Positions 17,516-27,245 of a DNA stretch of 64,000 nucleotides are shown here, piece by piece (the first letter of the stretch is position 1; every line of letters starts with the position of its first letter). Below the pieces are notes generated by a model. That model did not search any database and was not told the DNA's origin. It saw nothing but the letters and a program-made list of their open reading frames with translations. Made by a program: the position numbers and the translations under genes. The stretch is from an uncultured Candidatus Rokubacteria bacterium (GTDB lineage Bacteria; Methylomirabilota; Methylomirabilia; Rokubacteriales; DASRDR01), in NCBI GenBank assembly GCA_963826115.1, contig CAWGVS010000006.1, positions 768,001 to 832,000 on the forward strand. The letters are read 5' to 3'.

Positions 17516-18406
17516 ATGGAGAGGAAGCAGGCATCGGAGTTTCCGCAGGAGCTCCTGGATCTCTTTCACGAATACCAGCACGGCGAGATCACGCGCCGGG
17601 CCTTCTTCGACCGCGCCAGGAAGTTCGCCGTCGGCGGGCTGACCGTCACGGCGATCTGGGAAAGCCTCCGGCCCAACTACGCGTGGGCTCAGCAGGTGCC
17701 GAAGGACGACATGCGGATCGCGACGAGCTACGAGACGGTCGCGTCGCCGGAGGGCAACGGATCGATCAAGGGCTACCTCGCGCGGCCGGCGAAGGCCGCG
17801 GGCAAGGTGCCGGTCGTGGTCGTCATTCATGAAAACCGCGGGACCAACCCCTACATCGAGGACGTGGCGCGCCGGCTGGCCGTCCTCGACTTCGTCGCCT
17901 TCGCGCCGGACGGTCTCACGTCGGTCGGCGGCTACCCGGGCGACGACGAGAAGGCGGCGGCGGCGTTCCGGACGGTCGACCAGGGGAAGATGCTGCAGGA
18001 CTTCCTGGCCTCGGCGAAGTGGCTGCAGGCGCGCCCGGAATCGAGCGGCAAGCTGGGCGCGGTCGGGTTCTGCTTCGGCGGCGGGGTCGTGAACCAGCTC
18101 GCGGTCCGGATGCCGGAGCTCGTCGCGGGGGCGCCGTTCTACGGCCGCCAGCCGACCGCCGACGACGTGCCGAAGATCAAGGCGTCGCTCCTCCTCCACT
18201 ACGCCGGCAACGACCAGGGGATCAACGCGGGGATCGCGGCGTACGAGGCGGCGCTCAAGGCGAGCGGCAAGGCCTACACGGCGTACGTCTACGACGGCAC
18301 GCAGCACGGGTTCCACAACGACACGACGCCGCGCTACGACGAGGCCGCGGCCAAGCTCGCCTGGCAGCGCACCGTCGACTTCTTCAACCGCACGCTGCGC
18401 GGCTAG
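17516..18406 (+). CDS. YghX-type dienelactone hydrolase family protein
   Basis: VIHENRG, GFCFGG nucleophile motif, [12 protein letters not shown]. Confidence 0.93.
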   Translation: MERKQASEFPQELLDLFHEYQHGEITRRAFFDRARKFAVGGLTVTAIWESLRPNYAWAQQVPKDDMRIATSYETVASPEGNGSIKGYLARPAKAAGKVPVVVVIHENRGTNPYIEDVARRLAVLDFVAFAPDGLTSVGGYPGDDEKAAAAFRTVDQGKMLQDFLASAKWLQARPESSGKLGAVGFCFGGGVVNQLAVRMPELVAGAPFYGRQPTADDVPKIKASLLLHYAGNDQGINAGIAAYEAALKASGKAYTAYVYDGTQHGFHNDTTPRYDEAAAKLAWQRTVDFFNRTLRG

Positions 18407-18514
18407 CGCTCCGCCCGGCGCGCGTTCCGCAGGGACGGCCCTCGCCGGTGCGCCGGCGAGGGCCATGTCATGCCCGCCGTCCATGCGCGCCGGGTACCGG
18501 GAAGGAGAGACCCC

Positions 18515-19555
18515 ATGACCGGACGCCCGACGCAGTTCGGCCGGATCCACGCCCCGGACGAGGCCTGGCTCGCCCTCGCCGCGCCCGAGCCCATCCTCGA
18601 GCCGGAGCTCCCCATCATCGACACCCACCACCATCTCTGGGACCGGGACGGTCACCGCTACTTCGTCCAGGACTACCTGGCCGACGTTGCCACCGGCCAC
18701 CACCTCGTCGCGTCCGTGTTCATGGAGTGTCATTCGATGTACCGGGCGACGGGGCCGGCGGCGATGCGGCCGGTGGGCGAGACCGAGTTCGTCGCCGGCC
18801 AGGCGGCGATGAGCGACAGCGGCGCCTACGGTCCCGCGCGCGTCGCGGCGGGCATCGTGGGGTTCGCCGACCTGACGCTCGGAGATCGAGTCGAGCCGGT
18901 GCTGGAGGCGCACCTCCGCGCGGCGGGCGGGCGCTTCCGCGGCGTGCGTCACTCGGCGGCGTGGGACGCAAGCGACGCGATCGGGAACATCGGGGCCCTC
19001 GGAGGACCCCACATCTACCGGCGCGAGGACGTCCGCGCGGGCCTCGCGCGTCTTGCGAAGCTCGGCCTGTCGCTCGATGCCTGGGTGTTCCATCCCCAGC
19101 TCGCCGACGTGGTCGACCTGGCGCGCGCGTGCCCCGACGCCCGCATCGTGCTCGGGCACGTGGGCGGGCCGCTCGGCTACGGCCCGTATGCCGGGAAGCG
19201 CGACGAGGTGTTCGCGAGCTGGAAGGCGCAGCTGACCGAGCTGGCGCGGTGCGAGAACGTCAACCTGAAGATCGGTGGGATGATGATGCGGCTGGCGGCC
19301 TTCGACTACCGGACGGCGCCGCGGCCGGCGTCCTCGGCCGAGCTCGGGGCGCTCTGGCGCCCGTTCATCGAGACGGGCATCGAGCTGTTCGGGCCGGGGC
19401 GATGCCTTGTCGAGAGCAACTTCCCCGTCGACAAGATGGGGATCGGCTGGGGCGCGTACTGGAACGCCTTGAAGCAGATCACCGCCGGCGCGTCGGCGAC
19501 GGAGAAGCTGGCGATGTTCAGCGGCAACGCGCGCCGCGTCTACCGCCTCGACTGA
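18515..19555 (+). CDS. Amidohydrolase family 2 protein
   Basis: IIDTHHHLWD, GVRH, LGHVGG, ESNFPVD; GGAG RBS before ATG 18515. Confidence 0.92.
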   Translation: MTGRPTQFGRIHAPDEAWLALAAPEPILEPELPIIDTHHHLWDRDGHRYFVQDYLADVATGHHLVASVFMECHSMYRATGPAAMRPVGETEFVAGQAAMSDSGAYGPARVAAGIVGFADLTLGDRVEPVLEAHLRAAGGRFRGVRHSAAWDASDAIGNIGALGGPHIYRREDVRAGLARLAKLGLSLDAWVFHPQLADVVDLARACPDARIVLGHVGGPLGYGPYAGKRDEVFASWKAQLTELARCENVNLKIGGMMMRLAAFDYRTAPRPASSAELGALWRPFIETGIELFGPGRCLVESNFPVDKMGIGWGAYWNALKQITAGASATEKLAMFSGNARRVYRLD

Positions 19556-19705
19556 TCGCTGGCGGCTGCCGGCCTGTCGCGGCGGCGACAGCCTGTCGTC
19601 CGGACTCCGTCCGGGTGCGCCGCTCCCCTCACGGGAGCTTGTCGAAACACGGCCCTGGGCTCGCCCCACATCGGCATTTCGGGACACGTCGCATCAGTCC
19701 CATCG

Positions 19706-19721
19706 CGGCAGCCGAATTGCA
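19706..19721 (+). promoter_or_regulatory. sigma54 -24/-12 promoter
   Basis: CGGCAGCCGAATTGCA (GG-N10-GC, TTGCA), 55 nt before ATG 19776; palindrome CTGTCGC-N4-GCGACAG at 19574-19591 upstream. Confidence 0.55.
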
Positions 19722-19775
19722 CCACGACGAGCGTCGGTCGATCGCGCACTGTTCCTCCAACGGGCGGAGGGGTAG

Positions 19776-20897
19776 ATGGGGCTCATCGCGGAGAGCAAGC
19801 GCCTCATCCGGACCCATGGGCTCGACCGGTTCGGCACGGCGTACCTTCTTGAATCGCCGCTTCCCGGGCCAGAGCCGCTGCGAATCCTTGCCATCAATCT
19901 GCCACTCCCGTACCTCCAGGACGTCTTCGACGGGCCGCTGACCCAGGTCGGCCGGCGCCCGTGCCTCATCGGGGACCTCCGTCGCCTCGCGCGGCGCCTG
20001 GCGCCCCGGGCCGACGTGTGCCTCGCGCGGGTGCCCGCGCGGCGCGCCCGGCGACTGCCGGCGGGTGCCGGCGTCCTCCGCGGCGGTATCCGGATCCGGC
20101 AGGGGGTCGACATCCCCGACGACTGGGAGGCGCTACGCCGGACCTTCCACGCGACCAAGCGCCGGCTGGCCGCCGCCTATGCGCGCGGCGCGCCGCCAGC
20201 GCACGAGGTCTCGCAGGACGAGCGGGATCTTGCGTTCTTCTATCACCAGATGTACCTCCCCCACATGCGGCGCCGCTTCGGGCGCTTCGCGCGCCTGGAC
20301 TCGTACGCCTCCATGGCGGACGCCTTCCGGCGCGGCTTCCTGGTGAAGGTGCCCGCGGGGCCCGAGCCGGTCGCGGCGGCGCTCTGCGAGATCCGCGGCC
20401 GGACGTACATCTACCGGCGGATCGGCGTCCGCGAGACCGAGACGGACCCGGTGCGCGGCGGCGCCACCTCGGCCCTCTACTACCTCATGCTGCGGCAGGC
20501 CTGGGAGCGTCGGGTCTCCCACCTCGACATGCTGAGGGCGCGAGCCTTCCTCCGGGACGGGGTCTACCTCTTCAAGCGCCAGTGGGGCGCCCGCGTCATG
20601 CCCGATGACGGCGGCTCGACGGACGCGCTCTTCTGCGTGCCCGCCGGCCCGCCCCGGAAGGTCGCCACATTCTTCGAGCGATGCCCGCTGATCGTCGGGA
20701 GCCCGTCGGGGCTCGTGGCTGCCGTTGGCGTCACGGGCGCCGGGCTCGACGCCGCGAGTCTCGCGAGCCGCTACGGCTCACCCGGTCTGGCCGGCCTCCT
20801 CGTGTTCGGCCCCGACGTCCCGGAGCCCGTCGCGGTTCCGCTCTCGACGATGCCCCCGGCGCCCACGCCGGCGGCCGCCGCCGCGCCGTCGGCCTGA
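19776..20897 (+). CDS. GNAT/FemAB-like acyltransferase domain protein
   Basis: LAFFYHQMY..H, PVAAALC, ALYYLMLRQAWERRV..LDM, GVYLFKRQWGA are typical of FemABX-like GNAT proteins. Confidence 0.7.
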   Translation: MGLIAESKRLIRTHGLDRFGTAYLLESPLPGPEPLRILAINLPLPYLQDVFDGPLTQVGRRPCLIGDLRRLARRLAPRADVCLARVPARRARRLPAGAGVLRGGIRIRQGVDIPDDWEALRRTFHATKRRLAAAYARGAPPAHEVSQDERDLAFFYHQMYLPHMRRRFGRFARLDSYASMADAFRRGFLVKVPAGPEPVAAALCEIRGRTYIYRRIGVRETETDPVRGGATSALYYLMLRQAWERRVSHLDMLRARAFLRDGVYLFKRQWGARVMPDDGGSTDALFCVPAGPPRKVATFFERCPLIVGSPSGLVAAVGVTGAGLDAASLASRYGSPGLAGLLVFGPDVPEPVAVPLSTMPPAPTPAAAAAPSA

Positions 20898-20966
20898 TTC
20901 GTCTATCATGCGAGCCACGGGCCGCGCCGGCGCGTCCGGGCTCGGTCGAGGGGAGGATCGCCGTCG

Positions 20967-21779
20967 ATGGCCGCGGGGCCAGGCTACGTCCACGGGTACT
21001 CCGACCGCGAGGCGGAGCGGCTGGTCGACCAGGCCGCCGCGCTGACCGAGCTCCTCCACCACGACACGCGGTACCCCGCCGGCGCCCGGATCCTCGAGGC
21101 AGGCTGCGGGGTCGGCGCCCAGACGGTGACGCTGGCGGCGCAGAGTCCCGGAGCCACGATCGTCTCCATCGACGTGTCACCCGAGTCGCTGGCCGCGGCC
21201 CGCGAGCGGGTCGGCGCGGCCGGTCTCGGGAACGTGACGTTCGAGCAGGCCGACCTCTATGCCGCGCCATTCCCGGAGGCGAGCTTCGATCACGCGTTCG
21301 TCTGCTTCGTCCTCGAGCACCTCGAGCGGCCCGGGGCCGCGCTCGCGGCCCTCCGGCGTGTCCTCCGGCCCGGCGGGACCATCACCGTCATCGAGGGCGA
21401 CCACGGGTCGGCCTACTTCCATCCCCGGAGCGCCCACGCGCAGCGCGCCATCGACTGCCTGATCACGCTCCAGGCGCGGGCAGGCGGCGACTCCCTGATC
21501 GGACGCTCGCTCTACCCGCGGCTCGTCGAGGCCCGCTTCGCGGACGTCCGCGTGTCGCCGCGGATGGTGTATGTGGACGCGAGCCGGCCCCATCTGGTCG
21601 AGGGCTTCACGCGGCGGACGTTCACCGCCATGGTCGAGGGCGTCGGCGTGCGCGCGCTGGCGGAGGGGCTCGTGGACGCGGCGGCCTGGCAGCAGGGGAT
21701 CCGGGACCTCTACCGCACCGCGGAGCCGGACGGAACGTTCTGCTACACGTTCTTTAAGGCGGTGGCCCGGAAGGTCTGA
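20967..21779 (+). CDS. Class I SAM-dependent methyltransferase
   Basis: ILEAGCGVG, FDHAFVCFVLEHL, LRPGG. Confidence 0.93.
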   Translation: MAAGPGYVHGYSDREAERLVDQAAALTELLHHDTRYPAGARILEAGCGVGAQTVTLAAQSPGATIVSIDVSPESLAAARERVGAAGLGNVTFEQADLYAAPFPEASFDHAFVCFVLEHLERPGAALAALRRVLRPGGTITVIEGDHGSAYFHPRSAHAQRAIDCLITLQARAGGDSLIGRSLYPRLVEARFADVRVSPRMVYVDASRPHLVEGFTRRTFTAMVEGVGVRALAEGLVDAAAWQQGIRDLYRTAEPDGTFCYTFFKAVARKV

Positions 21780-21836
21780 CGTGCGGCCGGCCCGCCGCGC
21801 GGGGGCCCGGCGCCCGCACGGGGACGAGGCCGACGT

Positions 21837-22442
21837 TCACGGCTTCGTGACGGGTGCGGTCATCGGGTGTGCGTGTCCGCCGTGTGCGGGCGCGCCGCCG
21901 TGGGACATGGGCATCTCGTCGTGGCCACCGGAGAGGCTCTTCAGGTAGGCCACGAGGTCGATCAGCTGTCGGCCGGTCAGCACGTCCGTGTAATCCGGCA
22001 TGCGGGAGGAGCCGTCCGGGCCGACGTACCCGGGCCCCGTGACGATGACGGCATTGGGGTTCATGATCGCCTCCGCGAAGTACTCGGCGGGGTGGTGGCT
22101 CCCCATCCCCGTCAGATCGGGCCCGACATCCTCGGCGGACTTCGCCCCGGACGGGAACGTCTCGCCCCTCACGGCATGGCAAGTGTGGCACTCCAGCTTG
22201 GCGAACACCGCCCGGCCCTCCTTGGGGTCCCCGGCGGGCATGGTGAAGCGCCATCCGCGTGGAACGCCACCGCTCCGATGGAGCTCCTCCATCGTGATCC
22301 GTACAGGGGCCGGCGGGTGCTCGTGGGGCGGGGTGCCGGGCGGATGGGTGTGTCTCGGCTGGTCGTCGGCCCGACAGATGCCGCCGGCGATGGCGACGAT
22401 GGTCAAGGCCGCGGCCAACACCGCGTGCCCGGTGGGGCGCAT
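21837..22442 (-). CDS. Periplasmic monoheme cytochrome c with His-rich ends
   Basis: Signal peptide; GDPKEGRAVF..LECHTCH; GPDL; SRMP; LIDLVAYL. Confidence 0.9.
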   Translation of the reverse strand: MRPTGHAVLAAALTIVAIAGGICRADDQPRHTHPPGTPPHEHPPAPVRITMEELHRSGGVPRGWRFTMPAGDPKEGRAVFAKLECHTCHAVRGETFPSGAKSAEDVGPDLTGMGSHHPAEYFAEAIMNPNAVIVTGPGYVGPDGSSRMPDYTDVLTGRQLIDLVAYLKSLSGGHDEMPMSHGGAPAHGGHAHPMTAPVTKP

Positions 22443-22523
22443 GATTCCTCCTCCGGTCGGGAGCCTCGGCGACGAGCCGGCTCCCTGACTCGCGTATGTA
22501 GGCCCGGGCTGACGGCGGGCTTC

Positions 22524-22561
22524 TGTGATCCATGTCTCACCCCGGAGAGACCTAGGTCACG
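22524..22561. promoter_or_regulatory. Tandem Crp/Fnr-type operator sites
   Basis: TGTGA-TCCATG-TCTCA (22524-39) and AGAGA-CCTAGG-TCACG (22546-61), 22 bp apart, between divergent genes. Confidence 0.6.
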
Positions 22562-22670
22562 TCCCCCTCGGCCGCCGAGCGCCATCCTCTTCCCCGATGG
22601 CTTAAGTGCGCGCCGGCGAACCGCAGGATGGAACCACGGAGCAGAGTGAGCGGGCGGAGGAGGCGTCGGG

Positions 22671-24023
22671 TTGGAGCTTAGGGCCGTCGGGCGAAGCCTG
22701 GCCGACCGATCCGACCTCGCGGATCTCGTCCGGCTCTATCTCCGCGACATGGGGAAGTTCCGCCTTCTGACCGCGGTCCAGGAGGTGGCCCTGGGCCGGA
22801 TCATCGAGGCCTGCCAGGAGCGCGTTCGGCGTCAGGCGGCAGAGCTCCCGTGCGTGCGCCGGGACCTTCTGACCATGGTTTCGCGCGTTCGATCGTCGCG
22901 AGTCCTGGCGGACCACGTGCTGGCATCGTCCGACGGCTCCCGTCCCGATCTTGGCGACGTCGACGGGATCCTCCGCGCCTGCGCCCGAGGTCGGCGGCTG
23001 GATCGCCAGCTGCGCGCGCTCGAGGCGGCCCGGGCCCGGACTCGCATGCCGTCGTCCCGGAGGGCCGCGCAGGCCCGGGTTGCCGAGTGCCACCGACGGT
23101 GCAGTCAGCTCGTCGGCGACCTGCCGATCAAGCCCGATCTGGTCGAGGAGTGCCTGGCGCGGTTCCGGGCGCGCATCGAGGGGCGGGGAAGGACGCGGCC
23201 GCCCCGCGGGCGGGTGCGAGCCGCGAGGCGTCGCGCGGAGGTCGGCCTGCCTCCGCCGCGAGCCCGGCGGATCCTCGAGGAGATCGAGGCTGCGCAGACC
23301 GAGTGTCGCGGAGCCAAGCAGGCGCTCGCCGAGGCGAACCTGCGGCTGGTGATCCACGTCGCGAAGCGGTACCTGAACCGTGGCCTGCCGCTCCTCGACC
23401 TCATCCAGGAGGGCAACATCGGCCTCATGAAGGCGGTGGACCGCTTCGACCATCGCCGCGGGTTCAAGTTCTCGACCTACGCGACCTGGTGGATCCGGCA
23501 GGCCATCACGCGCGGGATCGCCAACCGCGGACGGACGATCCGCCTGCCGGTGCACATGGTCGAATCAGTCCAGCGTCTCACCAGGGTCCGGCGCGGGCTC
23601 GTCCAGAACCTGGAGCGCGAGCCTACCCTGGAGGAGCTGGTGGGCGAAACCGGCTTCTCGTGGGGGAAGGTCGAGCGCGCCCTCGAAGCCGCTCGGGAGC
23701 CCGTGCCGCTGGAGACGAGGGTGGGACAGGACACGCACCTCGGCGAACTTCTGCCGGACGCCGAGACGGCGTCGCCGGAGTCCGTGGCGCTCGAGCGCGA
23801 CCTGGCCCGCCGGATCGCACAGGCGCTGTCGTTGCTCGATCCCAGGGAGGCGGAGATCCTACGCCTCCGGTTTGGCCTCGCCCAGCGAGACGAGCGGACG
23901 CTGGCCGAGATCGGACAGCGGTTCCACGTCACCCGGGAACGGATTCGCCAGATCGAGGTGCGGGCGCTGGCGAAGCTGCGCCCCCTCCTGGCGTCCGACA
24001 ACGCCGACCCGAGCGTCCGCTAG
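22671..24023 (+). CDS. RpoD-like sigma-70 factor lacking region 1.1
   Basis: Region 1.2 [11 protein letters not shown]; region 2 [37 protein letters not shown]; region 4 [16 protein letters not shown]. Confidence 0.92.
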   Translation: MELRAVGRSLADRSDLADLVRLYLRDMGKFRLLTAVQEVALGRIIEACQERVRRQAAELPCVRRDLLTMVSRVRSSRVLADHVLASSDGSRPDLGDVDGILRACARGRRLDRQLRALEAARARTRMPSSRRAAQARVAECHRRCSQLVGDLPIKPDLVEECLARFRARIEGRGRTRPPRGRVRAARRRAEVGLPPPRARRILEEIEAAQTECRGAKQALAEANLRLVIHVAKRYLNRGLPLLDLIQEGNIGLMKAVDRFDHRRGFKFSTYATWWIRQAITRGIANRGRTIRLPVHMVESVQRLTRVRRGLVQNLEREPTLEELVGETGFSWGKVERALEAAREPVPLETRVGQDTHLGELLPDAETASPESVALERDLARRIAQALSLLDPREAEILRLRFGLAQRDERTLAEIGQRFHVTRERIRQIEVRALAKLRPLLASDNADPSVR

Positions 24024-24038
24024 ACCGGCGTCGGACCG

Positions 24039-24878
24039 CTAGCACCCGATCGCGCTGGGCGCGCGCAGGCGCGCCGCATAGCGCTCGTACGCGCGGAACA
24101 CCATGACGTGGAAGTGCGGCTGCGCGAACTCCTCGATCGCGTCCACGAGACCCCGCGCGTTCAGGCGCCGGAAAACCGCCCGTAGCCAGGCGATCTCCAC
24201 GTCCGAGTGCTCGACCTTCGACAGGTCCACTGCGGCGCCGGTGAGGTGCGTGGACGCCAGCGGGCCGCGGGCCGGCGCCGCGTTCCCGTTCCACGCTTCC
24301 AGCGCCCGCTGAACCGCCTCGGTCCTGGACAGGTCCGTGACGCGCAGGCGGCTGCCGAACCGCGCGCTGACCGCAGCGCCGAGCTGGCGCAGGAAGGTGC
24401 GGGTCCACGGACGGGTGACGCGCCGCCAGCCCGGCACGCCCACCACGGCAAAGCCCGGCGTGACGGGGGGGACGGACACCAGCAGTCCGGCGCGCACGAA
24501 CCGGTCGAGGACCGCACGGGTTCGGATCCGCGAGAGCCGGTCGGCGTCCGCGCCGGCGTTCTCCCGCGCTCGATGCCCCCGGCTCGCCGGGATCGGCCGC
24601 GCCATGGAGGCAAGTTCGCTGTCGCCGAGACGCTCGACGCCGGGCAGCGCGAGGATGTCCCCCGGCCGGATCGGCCGCGCGGAGTCGATGGTGTTCAGCC
24701 GCCGGATGCGTGCGGCCGAGGTCTTGGCCTGGCGCGCGATCCGGGCGAGGGATTCCCCGCGCTGCACGACGTGGCACCACGGTGGCAGGGCCATCGCCTC
24801 CGGGACGGCCGTCGCGAGGCTGGCGAAGGCCGCCAGAGCGGTGCCCCACGCCCGGAGCGCCCCCGTGGGGCGTCTCAT
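24039..24878 (-). CDS. LysM + DUF5715 (M15-like zinc peptidase) protein
   Basis: Signal peptide; LysM HVVQRGESLARIA; STHLTGAAVD and EEFAQPHFH motifs; ATGA overlap with the SH3 gene. Confidence 0.82.
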   Translation of the reverse strand: MRRPTGALRAWGTALAAFASLATAVPEAMALPPWCHVVQRGESLARIARQAKTSAARIRRLNTIDSARPIRPGDILALPGVERLGDSELASMARPIPASRGHRARENAGADADRLSRIRTRAVLDRFVRAGLLVSVPPVTPGFAVVGVPGWRRVTRPWTRTFLRQLGAAVSARFGSRLRVTDLSRTEAVQRALEAWNGNAAPARGPLASTHLTGAAVDLSKVEHSDVEIAWLRAVFRRLNARGLVDAIEEFAQPHFHVMVFRAYERYAARLRAPSAIGC

Positions 24879-25357
24879 GGAGGCCCCCAGACCAGCGAGT
24901 CGTGGAGCCAGCCCTCGCCCACCTCGTGACGGACGCGGAGCCAGCGCCCGGAGCGCTCGAGCACCAGGAGGTTCACGCCGCGCTCGGCCGTGAAGACGAC
25001 GGGGTAGCCAGTGCCGGGGCGCTCCCGCACGTTGATCACGTCGCGGACGACGACGACCGCGGGCTTGCCGTCGATCAGGCGGGCGTTGATCCAGGCCGAT
25101 TCGTCGGAGGAGTCCCGCACGTGGAGCCACTCGCCCCGTTCGCCGACCACCCGGAAAGGCTCGTTCTCGTGCGCCCGGCGGACCAGCTCCGCCCGGGGGG
25201 ACGGTTTGATCCGGAGGTTCGCCACGTCCACCTTGACGCGGACGAAGCGCTCCGCCCGCGCATCCGCGTCGCGGGGTTGGAGGCCTAGGCTGACGACAAG
25301 GAGGAGACCGAGGACCCACGGGAGCGCCCGGGGGATGCTCGCCAGTCGCGTACGCAT
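24875..25357 (-). CDS. Secreted protein with two bacterial SH3 domains
   Basis: ANLRIKP...GEWLHVR...AWI and INVRERPG...GRWLRVR...GEGWL. Confidence 0.88.
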   Translation of the reverse strand: MRTRLASIPRALPWVLGLLLVVSLGLQPRDADARAERFVRVKVDVANLRIKPSPRAELVRRAHENEPFRVVGERGEWLHVRDSSDESAWINARLIDGKPAVVVVRDVINVRERPGTGYPVVFTAERGVNLLVLERSGRWLRVRHEVGEGWLHDSLVWGPP

Positions 25358-25681
25358 GTCGCACCTCCGCGCGTGTTTGTGAATGGGGGATGTCCGGACG
25401 CCGCGCGGGGGTACGGGGAGACGCGATGCCGCACCGCACAGGGAAGGTCGGACGGCTCTCCGCGGTTGCCGGCGCGCGCGGCGCCAGTCGGGAAGACTAG
25501 CGCGCGATCGGCGCCGTCAGAAGACGCCGCGCCCGAGGAGGCGGAACGCCGGCAGATTCTCGAGACTCCGCACGTCTCGACTGTAGCCGGGCCGAGGTCC
25601 GCCGCCCCACGAAAATCGTCGGCGCGGGTCGGGCCCGCGATCGCCGGACGACGTCCCGTGGGGTCCGGCGGTCGGGCGTAC

Positions 25682-26374
25682 TCAGGACGTGCCGGGCCAC
25701 CGGTCGCCGCTCAGGCGCTCGAGCTCGGCACGGTCGAGGATCGAGACCGAGCGGCCCTCCAGCCGGATCGCGCCGGCCTCCTCGAGCTGGCGGAGCGTGC
25801 GCGTGGCGACCTCCCGGACGGTGCCGACCATGGCGGCCAGCTCGTTCCGCGTGGGCAGGTCCACGACCGCTCGGGTGCCTGCGAGCCGCAGCAGGGCCCC
25901 GGCCATGCGTGAGATCACCCGCCGGAGGGAGAGATCGCCGGCCAGCCGGGCGAGGTTGCGGAGCCGTCCGGCCATCACGCGTACGACCGCCGCGGCGATC
26001 TGGTGGTATTCGCGCATCAGGGTGGCGAGCGATTCGGCGTTGATGAGCAGGATCAGGGTCGGCTCGACCGCCTGCGCCGTGGCGATCGTCGGCTTGCCGT
26101 CGAAGGCGGAGGCGTCGTTCAGGGACTCGCTCGCGGAGGTGTGGAACAGATCCTGCTCGCGCCCGTCCTCGGAGGTCCGGAAGAGGCGCACGGTTCCCGA
26201 CACGACGATGTAGAGACCCGGCACCGATTCGCCCTCTACGTAGATGAAGGCCCCCTTCTCGTACAGGCGCAGGGTGGCCCGCCGGACCACGACGTCGAGC
26301 ACATCGACGTCCAGGGCCGAGAAGAAGGGGTGGCGCGCGAGCGCCGTGGCCGGGTTGACCTCATGCTTCACCAT
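25682..26374 (-). CDS. Crp/Fnr family transcriptional regulator
   Basis: Beta-roll domain plus HTH TRNELAAMVGTVREVATRTL; lacks the cNMP GE/R cassette and FNR cysteines. Confidence 0.92.
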   Translation of the reverse strand: MVKHEVNPATALARHPFFSALDVDVLDVVVRRATLRLYEKGAFIYVEGESVPGLYIVVSGTVRLFRTSEDGREQDLFHTSASESLNDASAFDGKPTIATAQAVEPTLILLINAESLATLMREYHQIAAAVVRVMAGRLRNLARLAGDLSLRRVISRMAGALLRLAGTRAVVDLPTRNELAAMVGTVREVATRTLRQLEEAGAIRLEGRSVSILDRAELERLSGDRWPGTS

Positions 26375-26661
26375 GCTTCACCGTCGGTCCCCGGGTGACA
26401 TTCTAGCAGTGCCTCCGGCTCCTCGGCGCTTCGTGCACGATGGCGTCCGACGCTGCCCGGATGACTCGGCGGCCTGCCTCGAAGCGTCCTGTCAAGCAGA
26501 ATCGATCCTGGTTGGTCAGAACCGGGCCATCGCGTCCGTCGCGGCGCGTCGCGCCTCGCGGGCTCGCGTGATTTTGTCACAGTGTCGCGCCTCCTTCTGC
26601 GGGCAAGGTACCCGGTGTGTTCGAGCCGATGGCCGGTCAGAGGCGGGAGGCGAATGCTGCC

Positions 26662-27245
26662 GTGAAGTCCAAGAGCCCGGACAAGAGCGCGGAGCGGGCG
26701 AGACGCGGGAATACCGCGCGGCGTGCGGCGCCGGACGCTGCGGCTTCTCGTCGACGCCCAGTACGTCGTGCGAGCCGCGCTCTCGTCGCTGCTCGACCAG
26801 AGCACCCCACCGGAGGTCAGCCCCTGTATCCACGAGCTCGCCTACGCCGCGACATGGTTCTGCGACGCTCTCGAGCGGCATCTTCCCCGCTGGACGGGAA
26901 GGCGACTGGGAGGAAGCGGTCGCCCGCCTGGGGGTCTCGATCGAGCGCATGGCCGAGGTGCCGACGCTGACCGATCGACTGCGCCTTATCAACCGCGCCC
27001 AGCGCTGGACGGTGGCGCAGATCGCCGTCCTTTCGGCCGAGGACCTCGACCCCGACGTGCGGGCGCTCCTCGAGGAGGCCAGCGCAATCTACCTTCGCGG
27101 CGGGCGGCGATGCGAGGAGATCATCGCGGCCCTCGACCGCGACCGCGAGCTGCCGTCCCGCGGCGGGATGAGGGCGTGCCCGCCGGCCCCCCGGTCACGC
27201 GGGGCAGCCGTCCCGACTCGTCTACGCACTGGCCATGCCGCCTGA
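26662..27245 (+). pseudogene. Ferritin-like (DUF6306-like) protein, frameshifted
   Basis: Pieces in different frames: RTLRLLVDAQYVVRAAL...WFCDALERHL and DRLRLINRAQRWTVAQI...RRCEEIIAAL. Probably sequencing indels. Confidence 0.5.
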
